Origin: Sphingobacteriaceae bacterium | GTDB lineage: Bacteria > Bacteroidota > Bacteroidia > B-17B0 > Aurantibacillaceae | DNA: 64,000 nucleotides | Reading direction: 5' to 3' | NCBI GenBank assembly: GCA_037447455.1 | Contig: JBBIGQ010000005.1 | Coordinates: 84,888-148,887 of the forward strand | Shown: positions 10,003-18,086 of the stretch, one piece after another | Numbering within the stretch: position 1 is the first letter of the stretch | How the letters are laid out: the number at the start of each line of letters is the position of its first letter | Translations under genes and position numbers: made by a program | The notes under the pieces: model-generated | The model's input: the letters and a program-made list of their open reading frames with translations, nothing else | What the model was told of the DNA's origin: nothing | Databases searched by the model: none

Positions 10003-10812
10003 TTACAAAATATGAAGCGAAATGCCTGAAAAATAAAGTATAAGAATAATACTGCCTACTACTATTCTGTACCAACCGTAAACCGCTAATCCCGTTTTTT
10101 GTAATAAAGCAATAAAAAATTTAATGGCAATCATTGCTACGACAAATGCAACGATATTTCCAACAAAGAGCAACTGCATTTCATTTATTGAAAGTGAAGA
10201 GTTTGTTTTTAAAAAATCAAAGAGTTTTTTGGCTGTGGCTGCAAACATTGTAGGTACGGCTAAGAAAAATGAAAACTCGGCGGCGGCTTTTTTAGTGAGT
10301 TTTTGGAATAATCCGCCAATGATGGTGGCGCCGCTTCTACTCACGCCGGGAAACATCGCAATGCATTGAAATAAACCAATTACAAACCCATTTTTGTAAG
10401 TAATCTGATGTTCTGATTTTCTGTTATTCTGAAATAATTTATCGGAATAAACAAAAAATACCCCCCCTAAAACCAAAAATACAGCCACTGTTACAGGACT
10501 TTCCAATGCTTGATCAATTAAATCATTCAACAATACTCCTATAATTGCTGAAGGAATAAAAGCAACCAGCAATTTGAGATAAAACGATATTAATTTTTGT
10601 CTGGAAGAAAAATTAAAAAATTTTTTGAAGTACAAGACAATAACAGAAAGTATGGCACCTAATTGAATGGCCACTGTAAAGAGTTTAACAAAAGCAGTCG
10701 GTTCTATTCCCAGAATAGCTGTGCATAGTATCAAATGCCCCGTAGATGATATGGGTAAAAATTCCGTAAGACCTTCTACTATGCCTAAAATAACAACGTC
10801 TAACCAATTCAT
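10003..10812 (-). CDS. uppP: Undecaprenyl-diphosphate phosphatase
   Basis: 269 aa polytopic membrane protein with GIVEGLTEFLPISSTGHL and PGVSRSGATI, the BacA/UppP signatures. Confidence 0.93.
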   Translation of the reverse strand: MNWLDVVILGIVEGLTEFLPISSTGHLILCTAILGIEPTAFVKLFTVAIQLGAILSVIVLYFKKFFNFSSRQKLISFYLKLLVAFIPSAIIGVLLNDLIDQALESPVTVAVFLVLGGVFFVYSDKLFQNNRKSEHQITYKNGFVIGLFQCIAMFPGVSRSGATIIGGLFQKLTKKAAAEFSFFLAVPTMFAATAKKLFDFLKTNSSLSINEMQLLFVGNIVAFVVAMIAIKFFIALLQKTGLAVYGWYRIVVGSIILILYFSGISLHIL

Positions 10813-10839
10813 TTCAATACAAAAAAACTACAGACGAGA

Positions 10840-11061
10840 TTACTTTGATTTTTTCATAATGCCATACGTAATCAGCAACAAACCTGTTACAATCATGACA
10901 GGCGATAAAATAATTCTTCTAAAACTAAAAACTTCCGGATTAAAAGTGTCTGGATTGTTACTACCCCCACCAATCATTAAAATATACCCTAATGCCACTA
11001 ATCCAAGCCCTATTAAAAAAAAGCGATAATTTTCTTTTTTAAACATTTGTGTTGAAGACAT
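10840..11061 (-). CDS. DUF3098 small membrane protein
   Basis: 73 aa with two TM segments (FFLIGLGLVALGYILMIGG ...). Its position immediately upstream of uppP is the arrangement I recall for DUF3098 in Bacteroidota. Confidence 0.65.
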   Translation of the reverse strand: MSSTQMFKKENYRFFLIGLGLVALGYILMIGGGSNNPDTFNPEVFSFRRIILSPVMIVTGLLLITYGIMKKSK

Positions 11062-11080
11062 GATTTATTGATTTGTGGCA

Positions 11081-11088
11081 CAAAAATA
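11081..11088 (-). promoter_or_regulatory. Candidate -7 box (TATTTTTG) for the DUF3098-uppP-truB unit
   Basis: The reverse complement of caaaaata is TATTTTTG. It lies 20 nt upstream of the ATG at 11061. Confidence 0.4.
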
Positions 11089-11283
11089 CAAAATAATACT
11101 TTAGAGAGCGATTTTAAATGGGTGTAATAATATACAAAGAACTTCTAGATACTATCATGCTTTAAAATTAAACTCATTCTAAATAAATCTGTATCTTATT
11201 GTTTTATAGAAAAATAGGTAACAATTGAATGCTTCTGCAAACTGGAGTAATGAAATAATCTATTCTAAAACTGAAAATCTTAC

Positions 11284-11291
11284 TACATTTA
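11284..11291 (+). promoter_or_regulatory. Candidate -7 box variant (TACATTTA) for sdhC
   Basis: 7/8 match to TAnnTTTG, followed by the CGCCCC run seen after other -7 boxes in this window. It lies 22 nt upstream of the ATG at 11313. Confidence 0.3.
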
Positions 11292-11312
11292 CGCCCCAAA
11301 ATAATAATAGTT

Positions 11313-11978
11313 ATGGCAAAAGGCATGTTCAGTTACTCAATTGGGAAAAAATTAATTATGGGCATTACAGGAATCTTTTTAATTACCTTCCTGATAGTGC
11401 ATTGTGGAATTAATTTTCTTGTGTTTTTGAATGACGGAGGAGAGACCTTTAATGCTGCCGCAGAGTTCATGTCGCACAATTGGGTAATGCGAACATTAGA
11501 AGTGGGTTTATTTGCCGGATTTATTGCGCATATTATGCAATCCTTAATTTTGACTCTTGAAAACAAACGAGCCAGAAAAATCGGTTACGCTGTTTCTAAT
11601 GCCAATGCAAATTCTAAATGGTATAGCCGTTCAATGGGATTATTAGGAACATTGATTTTGATATTTTTAATTATACATCTCAAGCATTTTTGGGTGGTCA
11701 GCCGTTTTACCGATCATATCAGCAGCGGAGAAGAAACTCTGTACGATGAAATGAAAGAAGTGTTTAGCAATCCAATTCCTGTTGTTATTTATGTTTTGGC
11801 AATGGTTTCTTTATCTTATCATCTTCTGCACGGATTTCAATCTGCTTTTCAAACATTAGCTCTCAATCATAAAAAATACACGCCGATTATCAAAAGAATT
11901 GGAGTAATTTACTCCATCATAATTCCATTGCTCTTTGCACTCATGCCATTAGCATTTTATTTTGGATGGATTAAATAA
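11313..11978 (+). CDS. sdhC: Succinate dehydrogenase / fumarate reductase cytochrome b subunit (b558 family)
   Basis: 221 aa with 5 predicted TM helices and conserved His residues (HCG, HIMQ, HLKH, HLLHG). Located upstream of sdhA/sdhB. Confidence 0.85.
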   Translation: MAKGMFSYSIGKKLIMGITGIFLITFLIVHCGINFLVFLNDGGETFNAAAEFMSHNWVMRTLEVGLFAGFIAHIMQSLILTLENKRARKIGYAVSNANANSKWYSRSMGLLGTLILIFLIIHLKHFWVVSRFTDHISSGEETLYDEMKEVFSNPIPVVIYVLAMVSLSYHLLHGFQSAFQTLALNHKKYTPIIKRIGVIYSIIIPLLFALMPLAFYFGWIK

Positions 11979-11985
11979 ATTATTC

Positions 11986-12276
11986 ATGAGAATATCCGAA
12001 GAAATGCGTAATTTTTTCAAACATCAGATTCTTACAAAGGGTCCGACCGCTATGGTATATTTATTTGGCTCCAGAACGGATGATTCTAAAAAAGGAGGAG
12101 ACATAGATATTTTAATCTTATCTGACAAAAAATGGACATTAGATGATATTTTTAACCTGAAGATTCAATTTTATAAAACATTTGGCGAACAAAAATTAGA
12201 TATTGTGAATTATGAGAAAAATCAAAAAGATCCATTTATTAAAGAATACATTTTAAAAGAAGCCATCTTGCTATAA
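11986..12276 (+). CDS. Minimal nucleotidyltransferase (MNT), antitoxin side of an MNT/HEPN module
   Basis: 96 aa from ATG 11986 (the track starts at TTG 11962, inside sdhC). LFGSRTDDSKKGGDIDILIL is the GS...DxD pol-beta-type NTase motif. A HEPN ORF follows 7 nt downstream. Confidence 0.8.
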   Translation: MRISEEMRNFFKHQILTKGPTAMVYLFGSRTDDSKKGGDIDILILSDKKWTLDDIFNLKIQFYKTFGEQKLDIVNYEKNQKDPFIKEYILKEAILL

Positions 12277-12282
12277 ATTTTT

Positions 12283-12748
12283 ATGACACAAAAAGATGAA
12301 GAATTACTGCAGGTATTAAGAAAAAATTTTGAACTCTTAAGATCAAGCAATACTTCATTTAGAACGTTCCATAAACAAATGTCGTCAAATAGCTATAAAA
12401 GATCAATATACTTTTGAAGAAATGGAAGCATACGATGCATTAGGAGTTAAATTAGCCAGAAATTCTGATATTTTATTTCAGAAAGTGCATAAGTATATTC
12501 TTTTTATCTTAAAAGAAGATGCATCTACATTCATAGACAGAGCCAATCTACTTGAAAAAATCGGAGTCATAGAAAATGCTGAAGAAGTTATCAAAATCAG
12601 AGAACATAGAAATCAACTTGTTCATGAATATTTTCCAGACCAGATTATTCATCTTTATCCTGAAACATTAAAATTTGCTGAATTGTTATTGAAAGTATAC
12701 TATAGCACAAAAAATTATCTCTTAAATAAAAACTTTATCACACACTAA
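12283..12748 (+). pseudogene. HEPN-domain protein (toxin side), reading frame broken by a frameshift
   Basis: ATG 12283 opens 44 codons ending at TGA 12415-12417. The +1 frame is open from 12341 and carries REHRNQLVHEY (Rx4H HEPN motif) to the stop at 12748. Both frames are open across 12341-12414. Confidence 0.65.
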
Positions 12749-12758
12749 AACTAAATTT

Positions 12759-14771
12759 ATGGCAACATCACCAAAATTAGATTCAAAAATACCAGAAGGT
12801 CCATTACACGAAAAATGGACGAAATATAGGTCTACTGTCCCCCTTGTAAACCCTGCTAATAAAAGAAACTTGGAAATAATTGTAGTGGGTAGTGGATTAG
12901 CGGGCTCTTCTGCTGCAGCGACACTTGCTGAGTTGGGTTACAAGGTCAAAGTATTTTGTTTTCAAGATTCAGCTCGCAGAGCGCATAGCATCGCTGCTCA
13001 AGGAGGAATTAACGCCGCCAAAAATTATCAGAATGATGGTGATAGTGTGTATCGCTTGTTTTACGATACTATCAAAGGGGGCGATTACCGTGCCCGAGAA
13101 GCAAACGTGTACCGCCTCGCTGAAGTGTCTGCCAATATCATTGATCAATGCGTAGCACAGGGAGTGCCTTTTGCCCGTGAATATGGCGGATATTTGAGCA
13201 ATCGTTCCTTTGGAGGAACGCAGGTTCAAAGAACTTTCTATGCGGCAGGACAAACAGGGCAACAACTATTATTGGGTGCTTATAGCGCTTTAATGCGTCA
13301 AGTGGCCCTTGGTCAGGTACAAATGTTTACCCGCCACGAAATGTTGAGTGTTGTCCTTATTGACGGCAAAGCAAGAGGAATTATTGCCAGAAATTTAATT
13401 ACCGGTGAATTAGAACGGCATTTCGGACATGCCGTGATTTTGGCATCTGGCGGATATGGAAATGTGTTTTATCTTTCTACCAATGCCATGGGTAGCAATG
13501 CAACGGCTATCTGGAAAGCGCATAAAAAGGGTGCTTTCTTTGGAAATCCTTGCTTTACCCAGATACATCCAACCTGTATTCCTGTTTCAGGAGAGCATCA
13601 ATCCAAACTGACTTTAATGTCAGAATCTTTGAGAAACGACGGTAGAATCTGGGTGCCCAAGAAATTAGAAGATGTCAAAGCCATTCGGGAAGGTCGTTTA
13701 AGTCCGAATGATATTAAAGAAGAAGACAGGGATTACTATCTGGAGAGAAGATACCCGGCATTTGGAAACTTAGTGCCCAGAGATGTAGCCAGCCGTGCTG
13801 CTAAAGAAAGATGCGATGCCGGTTATGGTGTAAATGCTACAGGAGAAGCAGTATTTTTGGACTTTGCGTATAATTTGAAGTACAAGTACGGAATGATGGA
13901 AGCCAACAAACGTGGTATTAAAAATCCGACCGAACAACAATTGAAGGAGTTAGGGCGCCCCATAGTAGAAGAAAAATACGGTAATTTGTTTGATATGTAT
14001 AAGCAAATTACAGGTGTAGACCCTTATGAAAATCCGATGATGATTTATCCGGCTGTGCATTATACTATGGGTGGATTGTGGGTAGATTATAATTTGATGA
14101 CGACCATTCCGGGTTTGTATGCTTTAGGAGAAGCGAATTTTTCAGACCATGGTGCTAATCGTTTAGGAGCGTCTGCTTTGATGCAAGGGTTGGCGGATGG
14201 TTATTTTGTTATTCCTTATACTATTGGTGCTTATTTGAGCGGAGAAATTCGTACAAAACCCATTTCTACAAATCATGAAGCATTTGTACAGGCAGAGAAT
14301 GAAGTGAAAGAGCAGATAAACCGTTTAATGAATGTGAAAGGTAAACATTCCGTAGATCATTTCCATAAGAAGTTAGGAAAAATTATGTGGAATAAATGTG
14401 GTATGGACAGAAATGCACAAGGTTTGCAGGAAGCTATTGAAGAAATTCGGGCATTAAGAGAAGAATTCTGGAAAGATGTGAAAGTGCCGGGAAGCGATAA
14501 AGAGTTTAACCCTGAATTAGAAAAAGCGGGTAGAGTGGCAGACTTTTTAGAATTAGGAGAACTGATGTGCATTGATGCCTTGTATCGTAATGAAAGTTGC
14601 GGCGGGCATTTCAGAGAAGAATATCAAACAGAAGATGGAGAAGCATTAAGAGACGATGAGAATTTCTCTTATGTGGCAGCATGGGAATTTAAGGAATTAG
14701 GAAAATGGGAATTACATAAAGAAGAATTAAGATTTGAAAATATCAAGGTTGCACAAAGAAGTTATAAATAA
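12759..14771 (+). CDS. sdhA: Succinate dehydrogenase / fumarate reductase flavoprotein subunit
   Basis: 670 aa with FAD-binding [12 protein letters not shown], the His of the covalent FAD site [15 protein letters not shown], and the GGHFREEY C-terminal motif. Confidence 0.95.
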   Translation: MATSPKLDSKIPEGPLHEKWTKYRSTVPLVNPANKRNLEIIVVGSGLAGSSAAATLAELGYKVKVFCFQDSARRAHSIAAQGGINAAKNYQNDGDSVYRLFYDTIKGGDYRAREANVYRLAEVSANIIDQCVAQGVPFAREYGGYLSNRSFGGTQVQRTFYAAGQTGQQLLLGAYSALMRQVALGQVQMFTRHEMLSVVLIDGKARGIIARNLITGELERHFGHAVILASGGYGNVFYLSTNAMGSNATAIWKAHKKGAFFGNPCFTQIHPTCIPVSGEHQSKLTLMSESLRNDGRIWVPKKLEDVKAIREGRLSPNDIKEEDRDYYLERRYPAFGNLVPRDVASRAAKERCDAGYGVNATGEAVFLDFAYNLKYKYGMMEANKRGIKNPTEQQLKELGRPIVEEKYGNLFDMYKQITGVDPYENPMMIYPAVHYTMGGLWVDYNLMTTIPGLYALGEANFSDHGANRLGASALMQGLADGYFVIPYTIGAYLSGEIRTKPISTNHEAFVQAENEVKEQINRLMNVKGKHSVDHFHKKLGKIMWNKCGMDRNAQGLQEAIEEIRALREEFWKDVKVPGSDKEFNPELEKAGRVADFLELGELMCIDALYRNESCGGHFREEYQTEDGEALRDDENFSYVAAWEFKELGKWELHKEELRFENIKVAQRSYK

Positions 14772-14792
14772 AAACTTAAAAAATTTATTTTT

Positions 14793-15542
14793 ATGAAAAT
14801 CACATTAAAAGTTTGGAGACAAAAGAACAAAGAAGAGGCAGGACGGTTTGAAACGTATCCGTTAGATAATGTTTCACCAGACATGTCTTTTTTAGAAATG
14901 TTTGATGTGTTGAATGAAAAATTGATTACGGAAGGAAAAGAGCCGGTGGCATTTGATCATGATTGCCGCGAAGGTATTTGCGGTATGTGTAGTATGTATA
15001 TCAATGGTCGTCCGCATGGTCCATTGAGAGGAGTAACGACCTGTCAATTGCACATGCGTTCATTTAAAGATGGGGATACTATTGTTGTTGAGCCATGGAG
15101 AGCCAATGCTTTTCCGGTAATCAAAGATTTGTCGGTAGACAGAAGTGCGTTTGATAGAATTATTCAGGCCGGTGGGTATGTTTCAGTAAATACCGGCAGT
15201 GCTCAGGATGCCAATGCAATTTTAGTTCCCAAGGAAAATGCAGATAAGGCCTTTCTGGCTGCTGCCTGTATTGGGTGTGGAGCTTGCGTAGCGGCATGTA
15301 AAAATGCTTCCGCAATGTTGTTTGTGTCGGCAAAGGTATCACAGTTAGCGCTCTTACCACAAGGTCAGGTTGAAAGAAAACAACGGGTATTGAATATGGT
15401 GAAGCAGATGGATGCAGAAGGGTTTGGTAATTGTACCAATACGGGTGCTTGTGAAGCCGAATGTCCTAAAGGTATTTCGTTAGAAAATATTGCCCGAATG
15501 AATCTGGAGTATATATGTGCAGCAATGACTTCTGAAAGTTAA
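14793..15542 (+). CDS. sdhB: Succinate dehydrogenase / fumarate reductase iron-sulfur subunit
   Basis: 249 aa with three Cys clusters: [22 protein letters not shown], and [12 protein letters not shown]. Confidence 0.95.
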   Translation: MKITLKVWRQKNKEEAGRFETYPLDNVSPDMSFLEMFDVLNEKLITEGKEPVAFDHDCREGICGMCSMYINGRPHGPLRGVTTCQLHMRSFKDGDTIVVEPWRANAFPVIKDLSVDRSAFDRIIQAGGYVSVNTGSAQDANAILVPKENADKAFLAAACIGCGACVAACKNASAMLFVSAKVSQLALLPQGQVERKQRVLNMVKQMDAEGFGNCTNTGACEAECPKGISLENIARMNLEYICAAMTSES

Positions 15543-15572
15543 TTTTCTCTTGTAAAAAAGAAATGTCTTGTG

Positions 15573-15580
15573 CATATTTG
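15573..15580 (+). promoter_or_regulatory. Candidate -7 box variant (CATATTTG) for the CAT-anticodon tRNA
   Basis: 7/8 match to TAnnTTTG. The downstream GCACCCCTAAAAATTT is nearly identical to the rpsF promoter region. The box ends 15 nt before the tRNA 5' end. Confidence 0.3.
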
Positions 15581-15595
15581 CACCCCTAAAAATTT

Positions 15596-15669
15596 GGTCC
15601 CATAGCTCAGCCGGTTAGAGCATCAGACTCATAATCTGAGGGTCCTTGGTTCGATCCCAAGTGGGACCA
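15596..15669 (+). tRNA. tRNA with CAT anticodon (elongator Met or lysidine-modified Ile2)
   Basis: Cloverleaf drawn by hand: acceptor GGTCCCA/TGGGACC, D arm GCTC-AGCCGGTTA-GAGC, anticodon arm TCAGA-CTCATAA-TCTGA (CAT at 15630-15632), T arm CTTGG-TTCGATC-CCAAG, discriminator A. No encoded CCA. Not an initiator: 1:72 is paired and there is no GGG/CCC anticodon stem. Confidence 0.9.
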
Positions 15670-15710
15670 CAAAGTTTCAACAATTACAAAGCGAGGGGGC
15701 AGTGGGTGGT

Positions 15711-16841
15711 TTACTCTTCTAATCTGTTTTTTAGTTTCATCAGTAATATATTGACGTTGCTGCTTACTATTTTTTGCTTTAGTAGTTCTTTGTGATTCTC
15801 TATACCAATGAAACCATTGTTTTGATAATTGGAGAGTATAACCGATTTCATCTCAAAAGTATGATCTGTTTTTTGAATAAAAACATGATACTTGTTGTCG
15901 TAGAAAATAACAGCACTGGATGGTAGTGCATAAACACTATCGTTTTTAATAAACACATCTGCTTGCATATAGGTGCCGGGAATGAGCGTTTCTTCGTATT
16001 TATCAAAATGACAATGCACGTCCACCGTTCGGTCAGAATTCACGAGTTTATTGATTAAAATAATTGCACAATTGAATTTTTTATTGGGTTGAGCAGTGGT
16101 ATAGGCCACTAATTTCTGACCAATTGTAATGTTTTCTAAATCTTTTTCATAGATTTTAAGATTAAGATGAATATCGGATGGATTGACCAATTCAAAGAGT
16201 ACATCAGATGGAGTAATGTATTTTCCGACCGAATAATTTATTTTGATTGCGTATCCGTCAAAAGGGGCAATGATATTGATAGAACGTTTCATCGTTTCCG
16301 GTGTAAGTGTGGTTGGGTTTATATTAATCAGGTATAGTTTTTCTTCCAGTGCTTTTAATTTTGTTTTTGCATTCAGATATTCTGTTTCTGCCTGCTCATA
16401 TATTTTTTCACTTATAGCGTTTTCTACAAGCAGTGCTTTTTGTCTTTTATAGTTCGTTTCTAACATTTTCAGTTGTATTTTTGTGTTTAAGTACTCTTCT
16501 TGTAGTTGAATGTATTGTACATCTTCTATTTTTGCAATAATTTGTCCTTTTTTTATGGGTGTTCCGGGCAATAAATGTGTTTCTTTCAGATAGCCGCCCA
16601 TTGGTACGCTTATTGCGTGTATATTTTGTGGGGGCACATCAATAATTCCTTTGAAGTGTAAAACAGATTGAAGCAACATTTTTTTTATAGTGTCTGTCTG
16701 GAAATCAAATTCTGCCAATTCTTTACTAGTTAATTGAACGGTATTTAAGTCATTTTCTTCACTGTTTTTGACAGTAGCGTCATTGTTACAAGACAGTGTA
16801 AAAATCAGTGATGTTGAAAAAAGGAAGATAATTTTTTTCAT
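15711..16841 (-). CDS. Efflux RND periplasmic adaptor subunit (CzcB/HlyD family)
   Basis: 376 aa with a signal/lipoprotein N-terminus (LIFTLSC), a coiled-coil hairpin region, and a biotinyl/lipoyl-like PMGGYLKETHLLPGTPIKKGQIIAKIED. Last gene of the czcA operon. Confidence 0.85.
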   Translation of the reverse strand: MKKIIFLFSTSLIFTLSCNNDATVKNSEENDLNTVQLTSKELAEFDFQTDTIKKMLLQSVLHFKGIIDVPPQNIHAISVPMGGYLKETHLLPGTPIKKGQIIAKIEDVQYIQLQEEYLNTKIQLKMLETNYKRQKALLVENAISEKIYEQAETEYLNAKTKLKALEEKLYLININPTTLTPETMKRSINIIAPFDGYAIKINYSVGKYITPSDVLFELVNPSDIHLNLKIYEKDLENITIGQKLVAYTTAQPNKKFNCAIILINKLVNSDRTVDVHCHFDKYEETLIPGTYMQADVFIKNDSVYALPSSAVIFYDNKYHVFIQKTDHTFEMKSVILSNYQNNGFIGIENHKELLKQKIVSSNVNILLMKLKNRLEE

Positions 16842-16853
16842 AGTTTTTAATTT

Positions 16854-18086
16854 TTAATATGTGGATAAATAGTATTTAATATCAATGATAGATTGATTAA
16901 GGGCGAATACATATTTCAGATAATTAATTTTTGTGTTTATACTTTGATTGATTAATATAGAAAATTGAGTAAAGTTGATATTCCCTTTCAGATAATTATT
17001 GAGTGCATATTCTTTAATTCTATCGGATCCGGGTAGAATATTTTTTTCATAGTTCTCTGTGATGTCTATCAAATTTTTGTATTCTGAAATAGTTTTTTGG
17101 ATATTGAATTTATGTTTTTGTTTCTGAAATTGGGTTTGGAGGTTAGTATAGTTTAATAGTTTTTTTTCTGCTTTGATTTTATTAGAAAAAGGTTGAATAA
17201 ATACAGGAATTTCTAATCCGGCCTGAATGAACTGAAACCGATGCGAAGCGTGGTAATAAATATTATCTGTTCCCCATCCACTAAGCGACTGATTGGAATA
17301 CAAAATGAAAAAGTCCGGTAGTAATTTAGATTTCTCTAACTTAACTTTATGGTACTGTATTAATTGCTTTTGAGTTTCGATTTGAATACTCAGGTGTTGA
17401 TGGATGGCTTCGCTTGTGTCTTGTAAGTTGATGTCAAGAGGAAGTTTTATTTCATTGTAAAGAATATCGCTTATGGGTTTAATTTGTGTCAACAATTCTA
17501 AAAGTAATAATTGTTTTTGTTTTTCAAACATCAATTCTTTTAATTGTATGTTGTTTTCCTGATACCAACGATTTATCATTTCCTTTTCCATAATATCAAT
17601 GTCGCCCACTTCTGATTGAATATTGGTTTTAGCCCGGCATTGTAGTAGAATACTATCCAATGCAGTCATTAGTTTTATTTTTTCATTATTAATGACGAGG
17701 TCGTAAAACAATTTTAGCAGGGTTGTTTCTAAATTCTTTTTTTCCAAAGAATAAAAAAGTTCCTGTAATCTGTATTCTGAATCGTAGAGATTTTTCTGCT
17801 GCAAATAGTACGAGGGGTTTAGAAAGTTTTGAGATATGTGCAACGCATTGTCGTTAAAAATGCCGTTGTATTGGCCATACTGAACAGCGATATTGGTTTT
17901 TCCGATATTCCAATTTGTTTTTGATAGCATCTTTTGATATTCCAATAAAATGGCCTCTCCTTTTAGAGTATAGTTATTTGATTTTGCAGAATCTAAACAT
18001 TGCTTCAAGCTCAGCTTATTTTGTGCTATGATTAAGTGTGCCCAATGATTTATTATTAAAATTGAAAAAAGTTTAATGATTCTCAT
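16854..18086 (-). CDS. TolC-family outer membrane efflux protein
   Basis: 410 aa with N-terminal LSLKQCLDSAKSNNYTLK typical of TolC/OMF proteins. Repeated coiled-coil-rich halves. Overlaps the czcA stop by 14 nt. Confidence 0.75.
   Translation of the reverse strand: MRIIKLFSILIINHWAHLIIAQNKLSLKQCLDSAKSNNYTLKGEAILLEYQKMLSKTNWNIGKTNIAVQYGQYNGIFNDNALHISQNFLNPSYYLQQKNLYDSEYRLQELFYSLEKKNLETTLLKLFYDLVINNEKIKLMTALDSILLQCRAKTNIQSEVGDIDIMEKEMINRWYQENNIQLKELMFEKQKQLLLLELLTQIKPISDILYNEIKLPLDINLQDTSEAIHQHLSIQIETQKQLIQYHKVKLEKSKLLPDFFILYSNQSLSGWGTDNIYYHASHRFQFIQAGLEIPVFIQPFSNKIKAEKKLLNYTNLQTQFQKQKHKFNIQKTISEYKNLIDITENYEKNILPGSDRIKEYALNNYLKGNINFTQFSILINQSINTKINYLKYVFALNQSIIDIKYYLSTY

Noticed and set aside
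11225-11413. 62-aa ORF overlapping the sdhC start region
   Set aside because: It overlaps the candidate sdhC promoter and the first 100 nt of sdhC in another frame, and has no recognisable features.
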